Shown: positions 27,901 to 38,602 of the stretch, in pieces
Position numbering within the stretch: position 1 is the stretch's first letter
How the letters are laid out: each line of letters starts with the position of its first letter
DNA from: Candidatus Dojkabacteria bacterium
GTDB taxonomy: Bacteria; Patescibacteriota; Dojkabacteria; B142; WJKM01
Assembly: GCA_014729085.1 (NCBI GenBank)
Contig: WJKM01000004.1
Span: 4,345 to 68,344, forward strand
DNA length: 64,000 nt
Direction: 5' to 3'
Made by a program: the position numbers and the translations under genes
Notes under the pieces: generated by a model
Seen by the model: the letters and a program-made list of their open reading frames with translations, nothing else
Told to the model about the DNA's origin: nothing
The model's database searches: none

Positions 27901-29037
27901 ATGGATTATTTAGAGAAACTAAAAGATTTAAACAAAAAAATTAATGCTATTTGGCTTAAAGGGGTAGCTTTCTTTTTACTTATAATATTCCTTTTTGCAT
28001 TGGGTAAAAATCTGAAACTATTTCCAGAAAGACCTCCCTTACAAGAACAACTCAAACCTATTTTAGAAGCAGATTTTAGTATAGATCAGACACAATATAA
28101 AAATTGTAATTTATCATCTTCCAATGAAAACGTGGATACCTCACCTCTAAAGACAAATGACCAACTTGGGAAAATAGATCTAATTGAAGACACAGACAAA
28201 ATAACAGACAAAAAAAATTTAATCCCACCGGTTTATAATCCTAAATTCATTACTTTAGATGAAGCTAAAGACTGTATTAAGCCTAATGAAATTATTTATG
28301 CTCTTACCATAGAAGATCAAACTCATATATATACTTATTCGGTTCTTGCTAAGCATCAAATCATTCATGATATGTTTCAAATAACTAACAAAGAAAACGA
28401 GACAATATCAAAAGAAGTTATAGTAACTTACTCGCCTTACTCAGACTCGATTTCTGCATTTATCACGTCTGAAATTTTTGGAAACTCCGGAAGGCTATAC
28501 AAAGGTATTAATCTTCTTTTCGATACCAAAACTGAATCCTTATGGCTGCAAATAAATGGGGAGGCGATAATAGGGAATAGAACAGGTGAAAGAATCGAGC
28601 ACTTACCGATTCGAACCCTTACATTCGAAGAAGCAGGTATTAAATTTCCCGAAGGATCCTTTCTTTCCTTCGATACTGGTTACATTACTGATTACTCTAA
28701 AGATCCTTATAAAGATTTTCATACTAATGACCAAATTGTAGGTAAAATTACTCAAAATATCTCAACAAATCTACTTAAGGAAAAAGTCATTGCTATCGAT
28801 TATTCAGGTGAACAGAAAGCCTACTTATTAAATAGTTCACTTCAAGATGAAGACTTAATTGATAAGATTAACGAAGAAGAAATAAAAATATATAAAAATA
28901 TGGAGTTTGATACTTATGAAATTGCTAAAATTGACAACAACGGGAATGTAACTACAATACTTCCATCGGTGCAAATGTACCTGTATTCTTGGAAGGAAGT
29001 TTTTCCAAATAGCAAAATTTACTCAAATAAGTTATAA
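27901..29037 (+). CDS. DUF3179-like membrane-anchored protein
   Basis: IPPVYNPKF, HQIIHD, VTYSP, FGNSGRLY, LFDTKTESLWLQI.GEAI.G. Confidence 0.75.
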   Translation: MDYLEKLKDLNKKINAIWLKGVAFFLLIIFLFALGKNLKLFPERPPLQEQLKPILEADFSIDQTQYKNCNLSSSNENVDTSPLKTNDQLGKIDLIEDTDKITDKKNLIPPVYNPKFITLDEAKDCIKPNEIIYALTIEDQTHIYTYSVLAKHQIIHDMFQITNKENETISKEVIVTYSPYSDSISAFITSEIFGNSGRLYKGINLLFDTKTESLWLQINGEAIIGNRTGERIEHLPIRTLTFEEAGIKFPEGSFLSFDTGYITDYSKDPYKDFHTNDQIVGKITQNISTNLLKEKVIAIDYSGEQKAYLLNSSLQDEDLIDKINEEEIKIYKNMEFDTYEIAKIDNNGNVTTILPSVQMYLYSWKEVFPNSKIYSNKL

Positions 29038-29048
29038 AATAAAAACAC

Positions 29049-29537
29049 ATGATAATAGATACAATAATATTCGATTTCTATGGAGTAATATTAAAAAATA
29101 TTAAAGAAAATGTATTGTTAGGAAGTAGGGAACTTATACCATATGAAGAAACAATTTCTTTTATAAGATCAATCCCTATAGACTATACTTTAGCAATTGG
29201 ATCAGCCTCTAATACTTTAATAATAAAAGAGGCACTTGAAATCTTTAATTTAGTTGACCATTTTAAAATCATTCTAGGAGCAAGTGATGTGGCTAACTTT
29301 AAACCTCATCCCGAAGTATATGAGAAAGTACTACATAAATTAAATAAAACTGCTGAACAGGCGATTGTAATTGAAGATAGCCCTGCTGGAATTGAAGCAG
29401 CTCACGCTGCAGGCTTGAAATGTGCTGTTGTTTTAAATTCTCATACTCGCAAACAACTTCAAACTGCAGATATTTTTCTTCCTAACTTTGAAACCATTAA
29501 TTTTGAAGGATTTCTCGAACTTATAAAAAAAAGCTAA
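29049..29537 (+). CDS. HAD-superfamily hydrolase
   Basis: IIFDFYGV, KPHPEVY and VIEDS..GIEAA. Confidence 0.85.
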   Translation: MIIDTIIFDFYGVILKNIKENVLLGSRELIPYEETISFIRSIPIDYTLAIGSASNTLIIKEALEIFNLVDHFKIILGASDVANFKPHPEVYEKVLHKLNKTAEQAIVIEDSPAGIEAAHAAGLKCAVVLNSHTRKQLQTADIFLPNFETINFEGFLELIKKS

Positions 29538-29568
29538 TAAAACTAGATGTTATTTTTTCAATATTTAA

Positions 29569-30186
29569 ATGATTAACAAAAGACAAGTTACAGATAACAT
29601 AATCCAATACCAATTTTCATATATGAGAGAAAATATTTTCTACCTCAAGAACCAAGAAATATTAATAGATACAGGTAGTCCAAACGCAAAATCCGAACTC
29701 AAGGAAATAATAAAACAAATCAACATTACTAAGATTATCATTACTCATTCCCATTTTGATCATATTGGAAATATTGATATATTCAAAAATACTCCAATCA
29801 TTATGAGTAAAACCTCAAAAGAGATTGTCACAAAAAACAAGGATGAATATATGCTATTTAATTGGATAGGTTCTGAGGTCGTGGAAGTATCTACAGATCA
29901 AATATCGACGAAATTCAAGCATAAGCAACTTCAAATTATCAATACACCGGGGCATCTAACCGGAAGTATTGTAATCTATGACAAAAATAATAAATTCTTA
30001 TTTACAGGGGATTTAATATTTGGGCCTACTTCAATTGGACGAACAGACATACCAGGAAGCGACAAAAATGAAATGAAACAATCACTTCAGAAGTTATTGG
30101 AACTTGAAATACATGCAATACTTCCTGGCCACGGAGAAATATGTTATGAAAAAAATATAGTTTCCAAAGCACTAAAAATTTTATAA
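29569..30186 (+). CDS. Metallo-beta-lactamase fold hydrolase
   Basis: THSHFDHIG, TPGH, FTGD and PGHG. Confidence 0.9.
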   Translation: MINKRQVTDNIIQYQFSYMRENIFYLKNQEILIDTGSPNAKSELKEIIKQINITKIIITHSHFDHIGNIDIFKNTPIIMSKTSKEIVTKNKDEYMLFNWIGSEVVEVSTDQISTKFKHKQLQIINTPGHLTGSIVIYDKNNKFLFTGDLIFGPTSIGRTDIPGSDKNEMKQSLQKLLELEIHAILPGHGEICYEKNIVSKALKIL

Positions 30187-30235
30187 AAAAAGCTGGAGCA
30201 TAAATATACTTATACTACACCCCAGCTATTATTAA

Positions 30236-33200
30236 CTATAGATCTTTCACGGCTTTGTCAGGTAAAATTTTTATTTTTGGGAAGACAAAAGCAATCAATG
30301 AAAAAATGATTATAGTCAAAAGAATTACATGAGTTTCTGACTCAGGCATTGATTGCCCTTTAAACATGCTTGGAACATTTAAATTCTGTTCTCCAATGTC
30401 ATATTCCTCATCATATGCATCATCATCTTCGGATAATTCATCCAGCTGTTGTTTCTGCCACGTAGTCTGAACTGCAATCATTGAATTAAAAGGATCAACA
30501 AAATGTTCTTCTTTTGCTATTTTTGTCATTTCTTTTGCATAATACAATCTAGATTGTGAATCATTCATGTAGCCAATGAAATCTTTAGAATCGTTAGATT
30601 TATTGAGCTTTTCAATTACATCATTCCAAACTGTTTCTTCTTCTACTTGTTGATCTTGACAATTTTCATTTTTATAATCCAATTCAATAATATCAACTTC
30701 TTCGATATCTTTTATATGAAATATTCTCCCATTTGATGACCAAACTAGATTATTAACTTCTTCCTTTTGACTAGTCAATCTATCCCCAACCTGAATAATG
30801 TTTATCTGATTGTTAAGATTTGTTGAGTAATTAAAATCAAAATCAACTTCTTCTGAAAATTCAAAATCTGAACTATCTGTAATAATATATGTCACTGTAT
30901 TTTCAAACTGTGTATCTTCAACTATAAGTTTTTCTGCTACGTCAGACGTATCTGAATATCCCCAGAATTCATTATTCATAATCCATGTATATATTTGATC
31001 TTCGATAATAATACCTTCCTCATAATTGACATCAAAATTATATTCATATATCTCAAAATTACTTGTGTCAAATTCCTGAAATATTTTATTTGTAACTTCT
31101 TGGTATATCTTTCTATTTTGGATAGATTCAGCACTTTTGGAGAAATCATAGAATATTCTAATATTTTCAACTTCACCAAAATTACTCTCGTCTTTTTGAA
31201 TGTAATCACAAATATTTGAAAACTTTGAAAAAGAAAGTACAGAATTGTCTTTTAACTCGTCTCCATTCCTTCCAGGTGATAGTTTATAGAACTCTGAGTA
31301 AACAGGTTCTTCTTTATGCGATGTAGGATATTGAGTACTTGTTGCTGAAATTTCCTTAATTTTGTTTTTATTTTCTCCCTCAAAGGATATTTCAGCTGAA
31401 TAATTTGTTTTGTTGGAAATATCTAAATTTCGAGTATATGGAAACCTTAGCAATTGGTATTTACCTTTGATTTGACCACTGACTGTAAACTGTACTTTCT
31501 GATAATCAGGAACTATTATATCTTCCCACGTATTTGTTCTTGAATTCCAATTTGATTGAATATCACCTCCTTTTGGTGGAATTGGATAAACTCTTAATCT
31601 ATAAGTTCTAGGTCCTACTAATTCCATTAAAGCTGGATCAATACTTCGTGTTAAACTTCTCTCATACACAGTTTTAGCAGCTGCTTTTGGCGCTACGATT
31701 CCTGGATTTTCTAAGTCAGGCCCAAGATTCAAATCGGTTATTATAGTCTCTTCGGGAAGGCTAAACTCAAAGTAAACTTCTTGATTAGTAATTTCTTTAT
31801 TTTTAAAAGTGAAAGTATAATTTGTTTCATGCAAATTATAATCAGTATTAATTGTAGATTTCACATGTAAATCTTCTAGAAATACACTTTTCTTGTCTTC
31901 ATCAATCAGACCAGCTGAGTCATCAATTGTACCTCTAAAGGAAAATACGCCTTCAGTTAATGTATTGGAGGTATATTTATTTATCATATCTGATTCAGCC
32001 CGTTGAATATTGTCATCAAATACTTTCTTATATTCGATATCTGCACTCTCAAAGTCTTCAAACAAATTTCCTTTATAAACTACAGCTGATACTAAAAAAG
32101 AAAAAGATGTATACATCTCATCGCAATATACCGAAGGCAAATTAAATTCAAAGTCATCACTAAATGGAGAAGAATAATATCTGTACTTATTCTGCTGACA
32201 ATATAGTTTATAAAATATTTTATCTGATTCATCATCAAAAATATTTTCGTATCTTGCAAAGAATTTTTCTTTTAAAGCATCTTTAGTTCTATTTTCATTT
32301 ACATATAAATCCATATATTTTTCTTTTAAGACATCAAACTCTCCTTGGGAATTGGTAACTTTGGTAATTTCCTCTCTGTATTTAGAATTGAAATCGTAAC
32401 TCATTACAGTAATAATCAAAACACTTGAAAATACGGCTATAAAAGGAACTAAAAGCTTCGATACATTCGTTAGACTTACTGCATTTTTCTTGATTTTAAA
32501 TCCTTTGCTAAAGTTAAATAAGCTATTTAAATGCCTCTTAAATAGATTGATGAACTTCTTTAAATAGATAGGAAACACATATGCTGGACTTAAATACAAG
32601 AAAGACATTATTCCAAAAATTAGGAACATGAGTGGAGAAACGGCTAATATGCCTCCACCAGCAAAATTATTATTATAGGGATTAAAACTAAACATTTCGG
32701 CTAGCAGTTCCAAAAATCCTTTTAGAACGGAAAGAGCAATATATGGAAAGAAAAAAGCCCAAATAAGAAATATATAGCCAGACATTAAAGAACCAATGGA
32801 ATAAGCTACAAGCTTCAAGTACTCAAATATGTGTTTATATCTCTTAACTATTTTTAGATCAATTAGATCTAAGAATAAAATAAAACAGGAATATAAAATT
32901 AATATAAACATAAATCCTAAGACAGGAGAGTATATTTGTATTACAAAAATTCTAAAGACAGACAGTAAAAATAATGGAACTTCAATCCCTAGTAGGAATA
33001 AAAGCATTGATCGTAATTTTTTCCTAATATTAAGATATACTCCTACAACTATTCCTATTGTAGGTATAAGTAAAGCACCTATATAAGTAAGTGCAGAAGC
33101 AATGGTTAATTCTTCTGGACCTCTGAGAATGACTGTAAAGAATAAAAATGCGCCACCCAGAATATAAAGTGCCCAAAATATATGTGGTATCCAGAAAAAT

Positions 33201-33556
33201 ATGTATGCTGATAAACGAAGTAATTTTTTCAACTTGCCTTTAGGAGACTTACGTTCATTCTTTTTTGAAATATCATCTGGAGCTTCTTGTTTCATATCCT
33301 CAATTGTTCCCATTTTATTTATTAGAGTCTGTATATCTTCAGTTGTAAGGACTTCTTGTTTATTTGAATTTAGAGCATATTTTAAATGTTCCTCAATCCT
33401 ATCTTTCATATCCTGCCAAATGTCTTCCTTATCTCCATTTTCACTCAAATGTTTTTTAAGAGACGTAATATAATTCTCATAAACTTTCTTGGCTGAACTT
33501 TGAATTTTAAATTTTGTATTATTAATTTTTATTTTTTGTATTTTTTTGTTTACCAT
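30236..33556 (-). CDS. Large integral membrane protein: HAAS/PspC-N-like domain, multi-TM region, VIT domain, vWA-like region and PEP-CTERM-like tail (TIGR02921-like)
   Basis: VIT motif QEVYFEFSLPE..L.LG..VAPKAAAKTVYE..DPALMELVGPRTYRLRVYPIP. Tail ..NSMI..QKQQL..MPESETH followed by a TM helix and basic residues. Confidence 0.78.
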   Translation of the reverse strand: MVNKKIQKIKINNTKFKIQSSAKKVYENYITSLKKHLSENGDKEDIWQDMKDRIEEHLKYALNSNKQEVLTTEDIQTLINKMGTIEDMKQEAPDDISKKNERKSPKGKLKKLLRLSAYIFFWIPHIFWALYILGGAFLFFTVILRGPEELTIASALTYIGALLIPTIGIVVGVYLNIRKKLRSMLLFLLGIEVPLFLLSVFRIFVIQIYSPVLGFMFILILYSCFILFLDLIDLKIVKRYKHIFEYLKLVAYSIGSLMSGYIFLIWAFFFPYIALSVLKGFLELLAEMFSFNPYNNNFAGGGILAVSPLMFLIFGIMSFLYLSPAYVFPIYLKKFINLFKRHLNSLFNFSKGFKIKKNAVSLTNVSKLLVPFIAVFSSVLIITVMSYDFNSKYREEITKVTNSQGEFDVLKEKYMDLYVNENRTKDALKEKFFARYENIFDDESDKIFYKLYCQQNKYRYYSSPFSDDFEFNLPSVYCDEMYTSFSFLVSAVVYKGNLFEDFESADIEYKKVFDDNIQRAESDMINKYTSNTLTEGVFSFRGTIDDSAGLIDEDKKSVFLEDLHVKSTINTDYNLHETNYTFTFKNKEITNQEVYFEFSLPEETIITDLNLGPDLENPGIVAPKAAAKTVYERSLTRSIDPALMELVGPRTYRLRVYPIPPKGGDIQSNWNSRTNTWEDIIVPDYQKVQFTVSGQIKGKYQLLRFPYTRNLDISNKTNYSAEISFEGENKNKIKEISATSTQYPTSHKEEPVYSEFYKLSPGRNGDELKDNSVLSFSKFSNICDYIQKDESNFGEVENIRIFYDFSKSAESIQNRKIYQEVTNKIFQEFDTSNFEIYEYNFDVNYEEGIIIEDQIYTWIMNNEFWGYSDTSDVAEKLIVEDTQFENTVTYIITDSSDFEFSEEVDFDFNYSTNLNNQINIIQVGDRLTSQKEEVNNLVWSSNGRIFHIKDIEEVDIIELDYKNENCQDQQVEEETVWNDVIEKLNKSNDSKDFIGYMNDSQSRLYYAKEMTKIAKEEHFVDPFNSMIAVQTTWQKQQLDELSEDDDAYDEEYDIGEQNLNVPSMFKGQSMPESETHVILLTIIIFSLIAFVFPKIKILPDKAVKDL

Positions 33557-33878
33557 GATGTGAGATATAATTAACAGAATTATTTATTTCCTCCCAAGAG
33601 GATTTGAAAAGAGTAAGTTTTTCCTCACCCTTTGTGGTTAAAACATAATATTTTCTTGGTGGCCCGCTTTTAGACTCAACCCATTTATAGTCCACCAAAT
33701 CATCCCTTTTTAGTCTACTTAATAATGGATAAAGAGTGCCTTCAACTACAATTAAATCTGCTTCCAGTAATTTCTTTAAAATATCAGATGCATAAACTTC
33801 TGCGTCAGAAATAATCTGCAAAATACAAAACTCTAGTATACCTTTTTTCATTTGTGTTTTAATTTGATCTTTCTCCAT
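33522..33878 (-). CDS. PadR family transcriptional regulator
   Basis: QMKKGILEFCIL..EGTLYPLLSRL..W.ES.SGPPRKYY.LT. Confidence 0.93.
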   Translation of the reverse strand: MEKDQIKTQMKKGILEFCILQIISDAEVYASDILKKLLEADLIVVEGTLYPLLSRLKRDDLVDYKWVESKSGPPRKYYVLTTKGEEKLTLFKSSWEEINNSVNYISHHGKQKNTKNKN

Positions 33879-33885
33879 TATTTAT

Positions 33886-34356
33886 TTAAACATAGCTAAA
33901 TTCAACATTCTTTGCCTCAATAGGAACTACAACAGATTTTTCATTCTGAAATGGGAGAGGCAATATACTAATCCCAAATAACTCTAAGTGTATATTAGAA
34001 GTTTGAGTAGCATGTGCATAGCCTTCCAACTCAAAGGAACCATCTTGCTTATTCTTGAAATAAACACCGGTTTTTCTAACGTTACCGTTGTTTGGGAATT
34101 CATAAACAGGGTAACTCAATTCTAGACCCTCTTTATCTATAATGCTAATTAAATTTTCATATGATATGCTTTCCAGATCCAACTCAGACTCAACAAGTGA
34201 TTTTTTTATATTATTGATATCAATCATAACTAGATCTTTGGAACTCATACATGCACAAGGCAACTCTAAACCAATAACAATATTTCCAATTTTAAGATTT
34301 ACTATTAAAAAAATCAGTGGAGTTATAAGAAAAATTAGTATATGTTTGGTTTGCAT
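33886..34356 (-). CDS. Hypothetical membrane/secreted protein
   Basis: N-terminal hydrophobic helix and CxC; ends 7 nt upstream of padR. Confidence 0.65.
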   Translation of the reverse strand: MQTKHILIFLITPLIFLIVNLKIGNIVIGLELPCACMSSKDLVMIDINNIKKSLVESELDLESISYENLISIIDKEGLELSYPVYEFPNNGNVRKTGVYFKNKQDGSFELEGYAHATQTSNIHLELFGISILPLPFQNEKSVVVPIEAKNVEFSYV

Positions 34357-34440
34357 ATTTAAATATAAAAAGAAAATTATTTTAAAACAATTCCTAAGAT
34401 TGTATCACAAAGAACTATGTATTACAAGGTACCAATTTAT

Positions 34441-35025
34441 TTATGAGATATATTGTTCAATATCAAGAAAGTGCCTAACTAAAAGCTGTTCATTTTCAAC
34501 TGGGGTATAGGGATAGATATATATAAATATTTTTTGTTTTTTGTCAAAAAAATCAAAAATATTGTATTCAGTATAAATATTATCTTCCTGGATTAACCAA
34601 AAATATGAATTACCTGAGTTTTTTAATATCATCTTTCGAACAAAAATATCATCTTCAATTAATATATTGTTTATTCTGTACACTTTTGTACCTTTTTGAA
34701 CTTCAATTTTAGGAATTTCTGCTAATATACGATTCGAATTTGTTTCTCCAACAATAATGATTCCATTTAAATTTTGATTAATGAAAAATTCATATGATCC
34801 CAGGCTTGAAAAGTTTGATGTGGAAAATATTTCTGTTATATTGGGGGAGAGCTTAATCTTTTTAAATTCTATAGAGGGAGAATTACTAAGTCTCAGATTC
34901 TTTATATTAATTAACTTAACTTTTGACTGACTCATTAAAAAAACTTTTATAAGACCTAATAAAACTAATACTAAGACTAATAAGGGATAAACTGTATTAT
35001 TTTTTACTTTAATTTTAGTATTCAA
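34441..35025 (-). CDS. Membrane-anchored protein, possibly a detached exosortase C-terminal (EpsI-like) extension
   Basis: TTG start, one TM helix, beta-rich domain with YFW motif. The resemblance is recalled from memory, not computed. Confidence 0.5.
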   Translation of the reverse strand: MNTKIKVKNNTVYPLLVLVLVLLGLIKVFLMSQSKVKLINIKNLRLSNSPSIEFKKIKLSPNITEIFSTSNFSSLGSYEFFINQNLNGIIIVGETNSNRILAEIPKIEVQKGTKVYRINNILIEDDIFVRKMILKNSGNSYFWLIQEDNIYTEYNIFDFFDKKQKIFIYIYPYTPVENEQLLVRHFLDIEQYIS

Positions 35026-35167
35026 ATCTATATATTAATCATATTTACTGATATTATATACAAATTTCCAAATAATAATTGAACATAATCTATAGTTATG
35101 AGATCTAGTCTTAATTAGTTTATTATTTTCATAACATAATTAATATTAGTTAAATAAATAAGGGACT

Positions 35168-36811
35168 GTGATAAACCTACAAAAAATTCAAAATGAATAT
35201 CAGATTGAATTAAAAATTGACAAAGGACTAGTATTTCTTTTTGCAACCTGGGGAGTATACTTCCTCATTATCTGGCCTAAAATGTTATTTTATGGAAATG
35301 ATGGGATTTATTCCGGATATTTTGGCGTATGGTCGGACTGGGCATCTCACTTTGCATATATGAATAGATTTTTATATCACACACCAGCCAATTGGTTTAA
35401 TACTCACCCTTTATTTTATGGTAAAAAATTCATCTACCCTTTCATTCCAGATTTTATCTCTGCAATGCTTGTTAAATTTGGTATGGATAAAGTTACTTCA
35501 TTCATATTGCCAAGTTTATTGGTTAGCTTACTCTTGTTGTTAATTTTTTACAAATTCTTCAAATATATTTTTAAATCATCAAAGCTTGCAATCTTAGCAA
35601 TCACATTATTCTTTTCAAGCGGAGGGCTCGGTTTTATCTGGTTTATAAATGATTTAGTCAGCAACTGGGGAAATATTCTACAATTTTTCCCTCCCGAATA
35701 CACGAGAATGCCGGAAGAACATATTCACTGGGTTACTATCTTACCAGGACAACTCTTAGCACAAAGAGGCTTATTATTTGGACTACCAATATTGACTTAC
35801 ATCGTATTTCAACTTTATAAATGGAGTAAACAAAACTTCAAAAATATAAAGAAATATAAAATTACTTTACTCGGTTTTCTGTCAAGTCTATTATTAATTA
35901 TTCATACCCACTCTTTTATAGTTCTATTCATGGTATGTTTGTGTTTTCTTTCTATGCGTTTCAAGCAATACAAGTCATGGCTTGTATATGGGGTAACCGT
36001 AGTAATATTTGCATTCCCTATATATTTGCTTCTTTATCATAATCAAGTATCAGGTTCATTTTTTAAATGGTATCCTGGCTGGATCGCTAAGACAGACCAA
36101 ATTAATTTTTTATATTTCTGGTTTTTAAATTGGGGACTATTTTTACCTTTCGCAATATATTCTATAGTCAAGAATAAATTATATAAAAATCCTTTAGTAA
36201 CAAGTGGTTTAGTTGTGTTTTCTGTTTCTAACTTAATTCTTTACCAACCATGGGATTGGGACAATACAAAAATACTTAACTGGACATACCTAATGTTTTG
36301 TATACCAGTTGTTATAGAATTAAAAAATATATGGAATTTAAAAAACAAATTTTTGCAATCCTTTGTAATTTTATTGATATTTCTATTTAGTTTCTCCGGA
36401 ATGCTTGATAACTTTAGACTACTCAAAACAAACAAACTTAAGGCAAAGGCATGGAGCTATGAAGAAGTAAACTTAGCTCAAAACTTTAGAAGAATCTCTA
36501 ATCCAACTGATATTGTTCTATGTTCTGACTACCATCATCACTGGATTACATCGCTAACTGGAAGACAAGTTCTAATGGGCTACAGAGGATGGCTTGGTTC
36601 ATATGGAGTAGATTATCACCAGACCTATGAAGATATTCATAATATTTACAAAGGGTCAGAAATATCTAAAGTTTTGATTCAAAAATATAACATTAAATAC
36701 ATTGTAATAGGACCTCATGAAAAAAGAGATTTTGAGGTTAATCTTGATTTTTTTAAAAAGAATTATCAAGTAGTTCTTAACAATGGAAATTATGTGGTTT
36801 ATAAAGTATAG
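35168..36811 (+). CDS. GT-C fold polytopic membrane glycosyltransferase-like protein
   Basis: WSDWASH loop after TM1, YPFIPDF, about 12 TM helices, C-terminal LTGRQVLMGY..KYNIKYIVIG. Confidence 0.75.
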   Translation: MINLQKIQNEYQIELKIDKGLVFLFATWGVYFLIIWPKMLFYGNDGIYSGYFGVWSDWASHFAYMNRFLYHTPANWFNTHPLFYGKKFIYPFIPDFISAMLVKFGMDKVTSFILPSLLVSLLLLLIFYKFFKYIFKSSKLAILAITLFFSSGGLGFIWFINDLVSNWGNILQFFPPEYTRMPEEHIHWVTILPGQLLAQRGLLFGLPILTYIVFQLYKWSKQNFKNIKKYKITLLGFLSSLLLIIHTHSFIVLFMVCLCFLSMRFKQYKSWLVYGVTVVIFAFPIYLLLYHNQVSGSFFKWYPGWIAKTDQINFLYFWFLNWGLFLPFAIYSIVKNKLYKNPLVTSGLVVFSVSNLILYQPWDWDNTKILNWTYLMFCIPVVIELKNIWNLKNKFLQSFVILLIFLFSFSGMLDNFRLLKTNKLKAKAWSYEEVNLAQNFRRISNPTDIVLCSDYHHHWITSLTGRQVLMGYRGWLGSYGVDYHQTYEDIHNIYKGSEISKVLIQKYNIKYIVIGPHEKRDFEVNLDFFKKNYQVVLNNGNYVVYKV

Positions 36812-36820
36812 ATATCATAA

Positions 36821-38602
36821 CTAACTTGTCTTGATAATCAACTTTTCTTTGTTGGGAGGGCATATAAATCGTTTATATTTTTCGCAATACGTGTATAAAT
36901 TTGTTTCTGTTTGGGAGTTTTTATGTGAGCTTACATGTATTTCGTTTATTGAATAAGTTTCATCGATAATTAAAGAAATATTTTTATTTGGTATTTGAAA
37001 CTCAATTGCTTCATTTATATGAAATAAATTGAAATAATCATAATTCGATTTAGATAAAAAAATTGAAAGATCTTCTTCCTCTTTTAAATTTTCATTGTTC
37101 TTAATTGTCCTAATCATATAACTTAGTAAATAGTCTTGTGTGATACTTTCTCTCTGATACCAAAACATACTCTCGGAAGCCCTTTCATTATAAAAAAAAT
37201 CAAATAAGTTAAATATATTCGTAATAAAAAACAATGAATATATAATTGTATTCCCTAGTATTTTAAAAATTTTGTAGTTAATTTTAGCCTTATTAATGTA
37301 ATTGGTTAATTCTATGAAACCAATCCCAGTGATCATTGATAATATTGGAAATAAAACTGCTAATCTATGATCACAATTTACACAATTTGTTATTGCACTA
37401 TTAGTAAAAGGTAGTAGCATGGCAAGAAATAGAATTACTTTGTGGGGTAACTTTCCCTTAATTAACATAAATACTGCTCCAATAATAAAAAATATATTTA
37501 AGGGAAAAATCAATAAGGGGTTTTTATGAGTATAATGATAGGATACAGGCTCTTTTACATAACCTAATAAAGATTTTTGATAGTTGGAAAAAGCGGTACT
37601 AATTTTTGTTGATATTTGATAATTTTCATCATTAAAAGTTCTGTAGTACTTATCTGTTTTATTAATTAGGGAAACGCTTTTCGTATGAAAAAGTACATTC
37701 GGTGTAGTAAACAATAGTCTAGGACCAAATCCCACTATAAATAAAATAATACAAATTGTAATCTCAAGGAGTATTCTTTTAATACTTTTAATGTCAATCT
37801 GCTTTAACCTAACAATTAAGAGTAAAAATAAAATGAAAATTAAAGCAAAAATAACTGGCTTAATGGATGCATGGAAATTTAAACAAAATCCAGAGAAAAG
37901 AAATATAAGTCTCATTATCTCTGCCTTTCTTTCTTTTATGTACCAAATTATAAAAAAAATATTTATAGTTGTTAGTATGCTACTGAATACTACAACTATC
38001 TCGGTTCTACCATAATATAGGTGTAAAGGTAAACAAATTAAAACGAAAGCAGAAAAAAAAGCATATTTTCTATTAAAAAAAATTTCAACAAATTTATATA
38101 AAAACAATATGTCAACAAATGAAATCAATGCAGACGCAAATTTGAAAGTAATGGTAGAATTACCAAATATCAAATAAAATAAAGATGAAAAAGTCGGTAT
38201 AATCAAGCCATGAGCCTCATATCTCCCATAGGAAAATATATTTCTTATTTCTCCAGTTACTATTCGCAGTGCATCCCAACCACCATCTCTCATCTCGTCA
38301 CCAATAGAATTAAATGGATATATTCTTAAAAAAATAAATCTAGTAAATAGAGCTAATATGATTATTAGAATGAAATTACTATCAAAAATTTTATTAGCTT
38401 TTATATTATTAACAAATTTACCTTCATTCAAAACAAAATATACAACAAATAAACCTAGTGATATAAGCCATAAGAAGAACACGAGCCAACGATATTTGAA
38501 TCGATAGTCAAACTTAACTATAAGCATGGAGATACACCATAAACTTCCTGCCAAAACTACAAATTTCTGTTTGTTAGAATTAATCAGTTTTAAAATTTCC
38601 AT
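36821..38602 (-). CDS. GT-C (PMT/ArnT-like) membrane glycosyltransferase
   Basis: RFIFL..GDE motif after a TM helix, PLHLYYGR, multiple TM helices. Confidence 0.78.
   Translation of the reverse strand: MEILKLINSNKQKFVVLAGSLWCISMLIVKFDYRFKYRWLVFFLWLISLGLFVVYFVLNEGKFVNNIKANKIFDSNFILIIILALFTRFIFLRIYPFNSIGDEMRDGGWDALRIVTGEIRNIFSYGRYEAHGLIIPTFSSLFYLIFGNSTITFKFASALISFVDILFLYKFVEIFFNRKYAFFSAFVLICLPLHLYYGRTEIVVVFSSILTTINIFFIIWYIKERKAEIMRLIFLFSGFCLNFHASIKPVIFALIFILFLLLIVRLKQIDIKSIKRILLEITICIILFIVGFGPRLLFTTPNVLFHTKSVSLINKTDKYYRTFNDENYQISTKISTAFSNYQKSLLGYVKEPVSYHYTHKNPLLIFPLNIFFIIGAVFMLIKGKLPHKVILFLAMLLPFTNSAITNCVNCDHRLAVLFPILSMITGIGFIELTNYINKAKINYKIFKILGNTIIYSLFFITNIFNLFDFFYNERASESMFWYQRESITQDYLLSYMIRTIKNNENLKEEEDLSIFLSKSNYDYFNLFHINEAIEFQIPNKNISLIIDETYSINEIHVSSHKNSQTETNLYTYCEKYKRFICPPNKEKLIIKTS

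Noticed and set aside
30191-30228. AGCTGG...CCAGCT hairpin between convergent genes
   Set aside because: The stem is short with a large loop and weak T-tracts, so it cannot be supported as a terminator.
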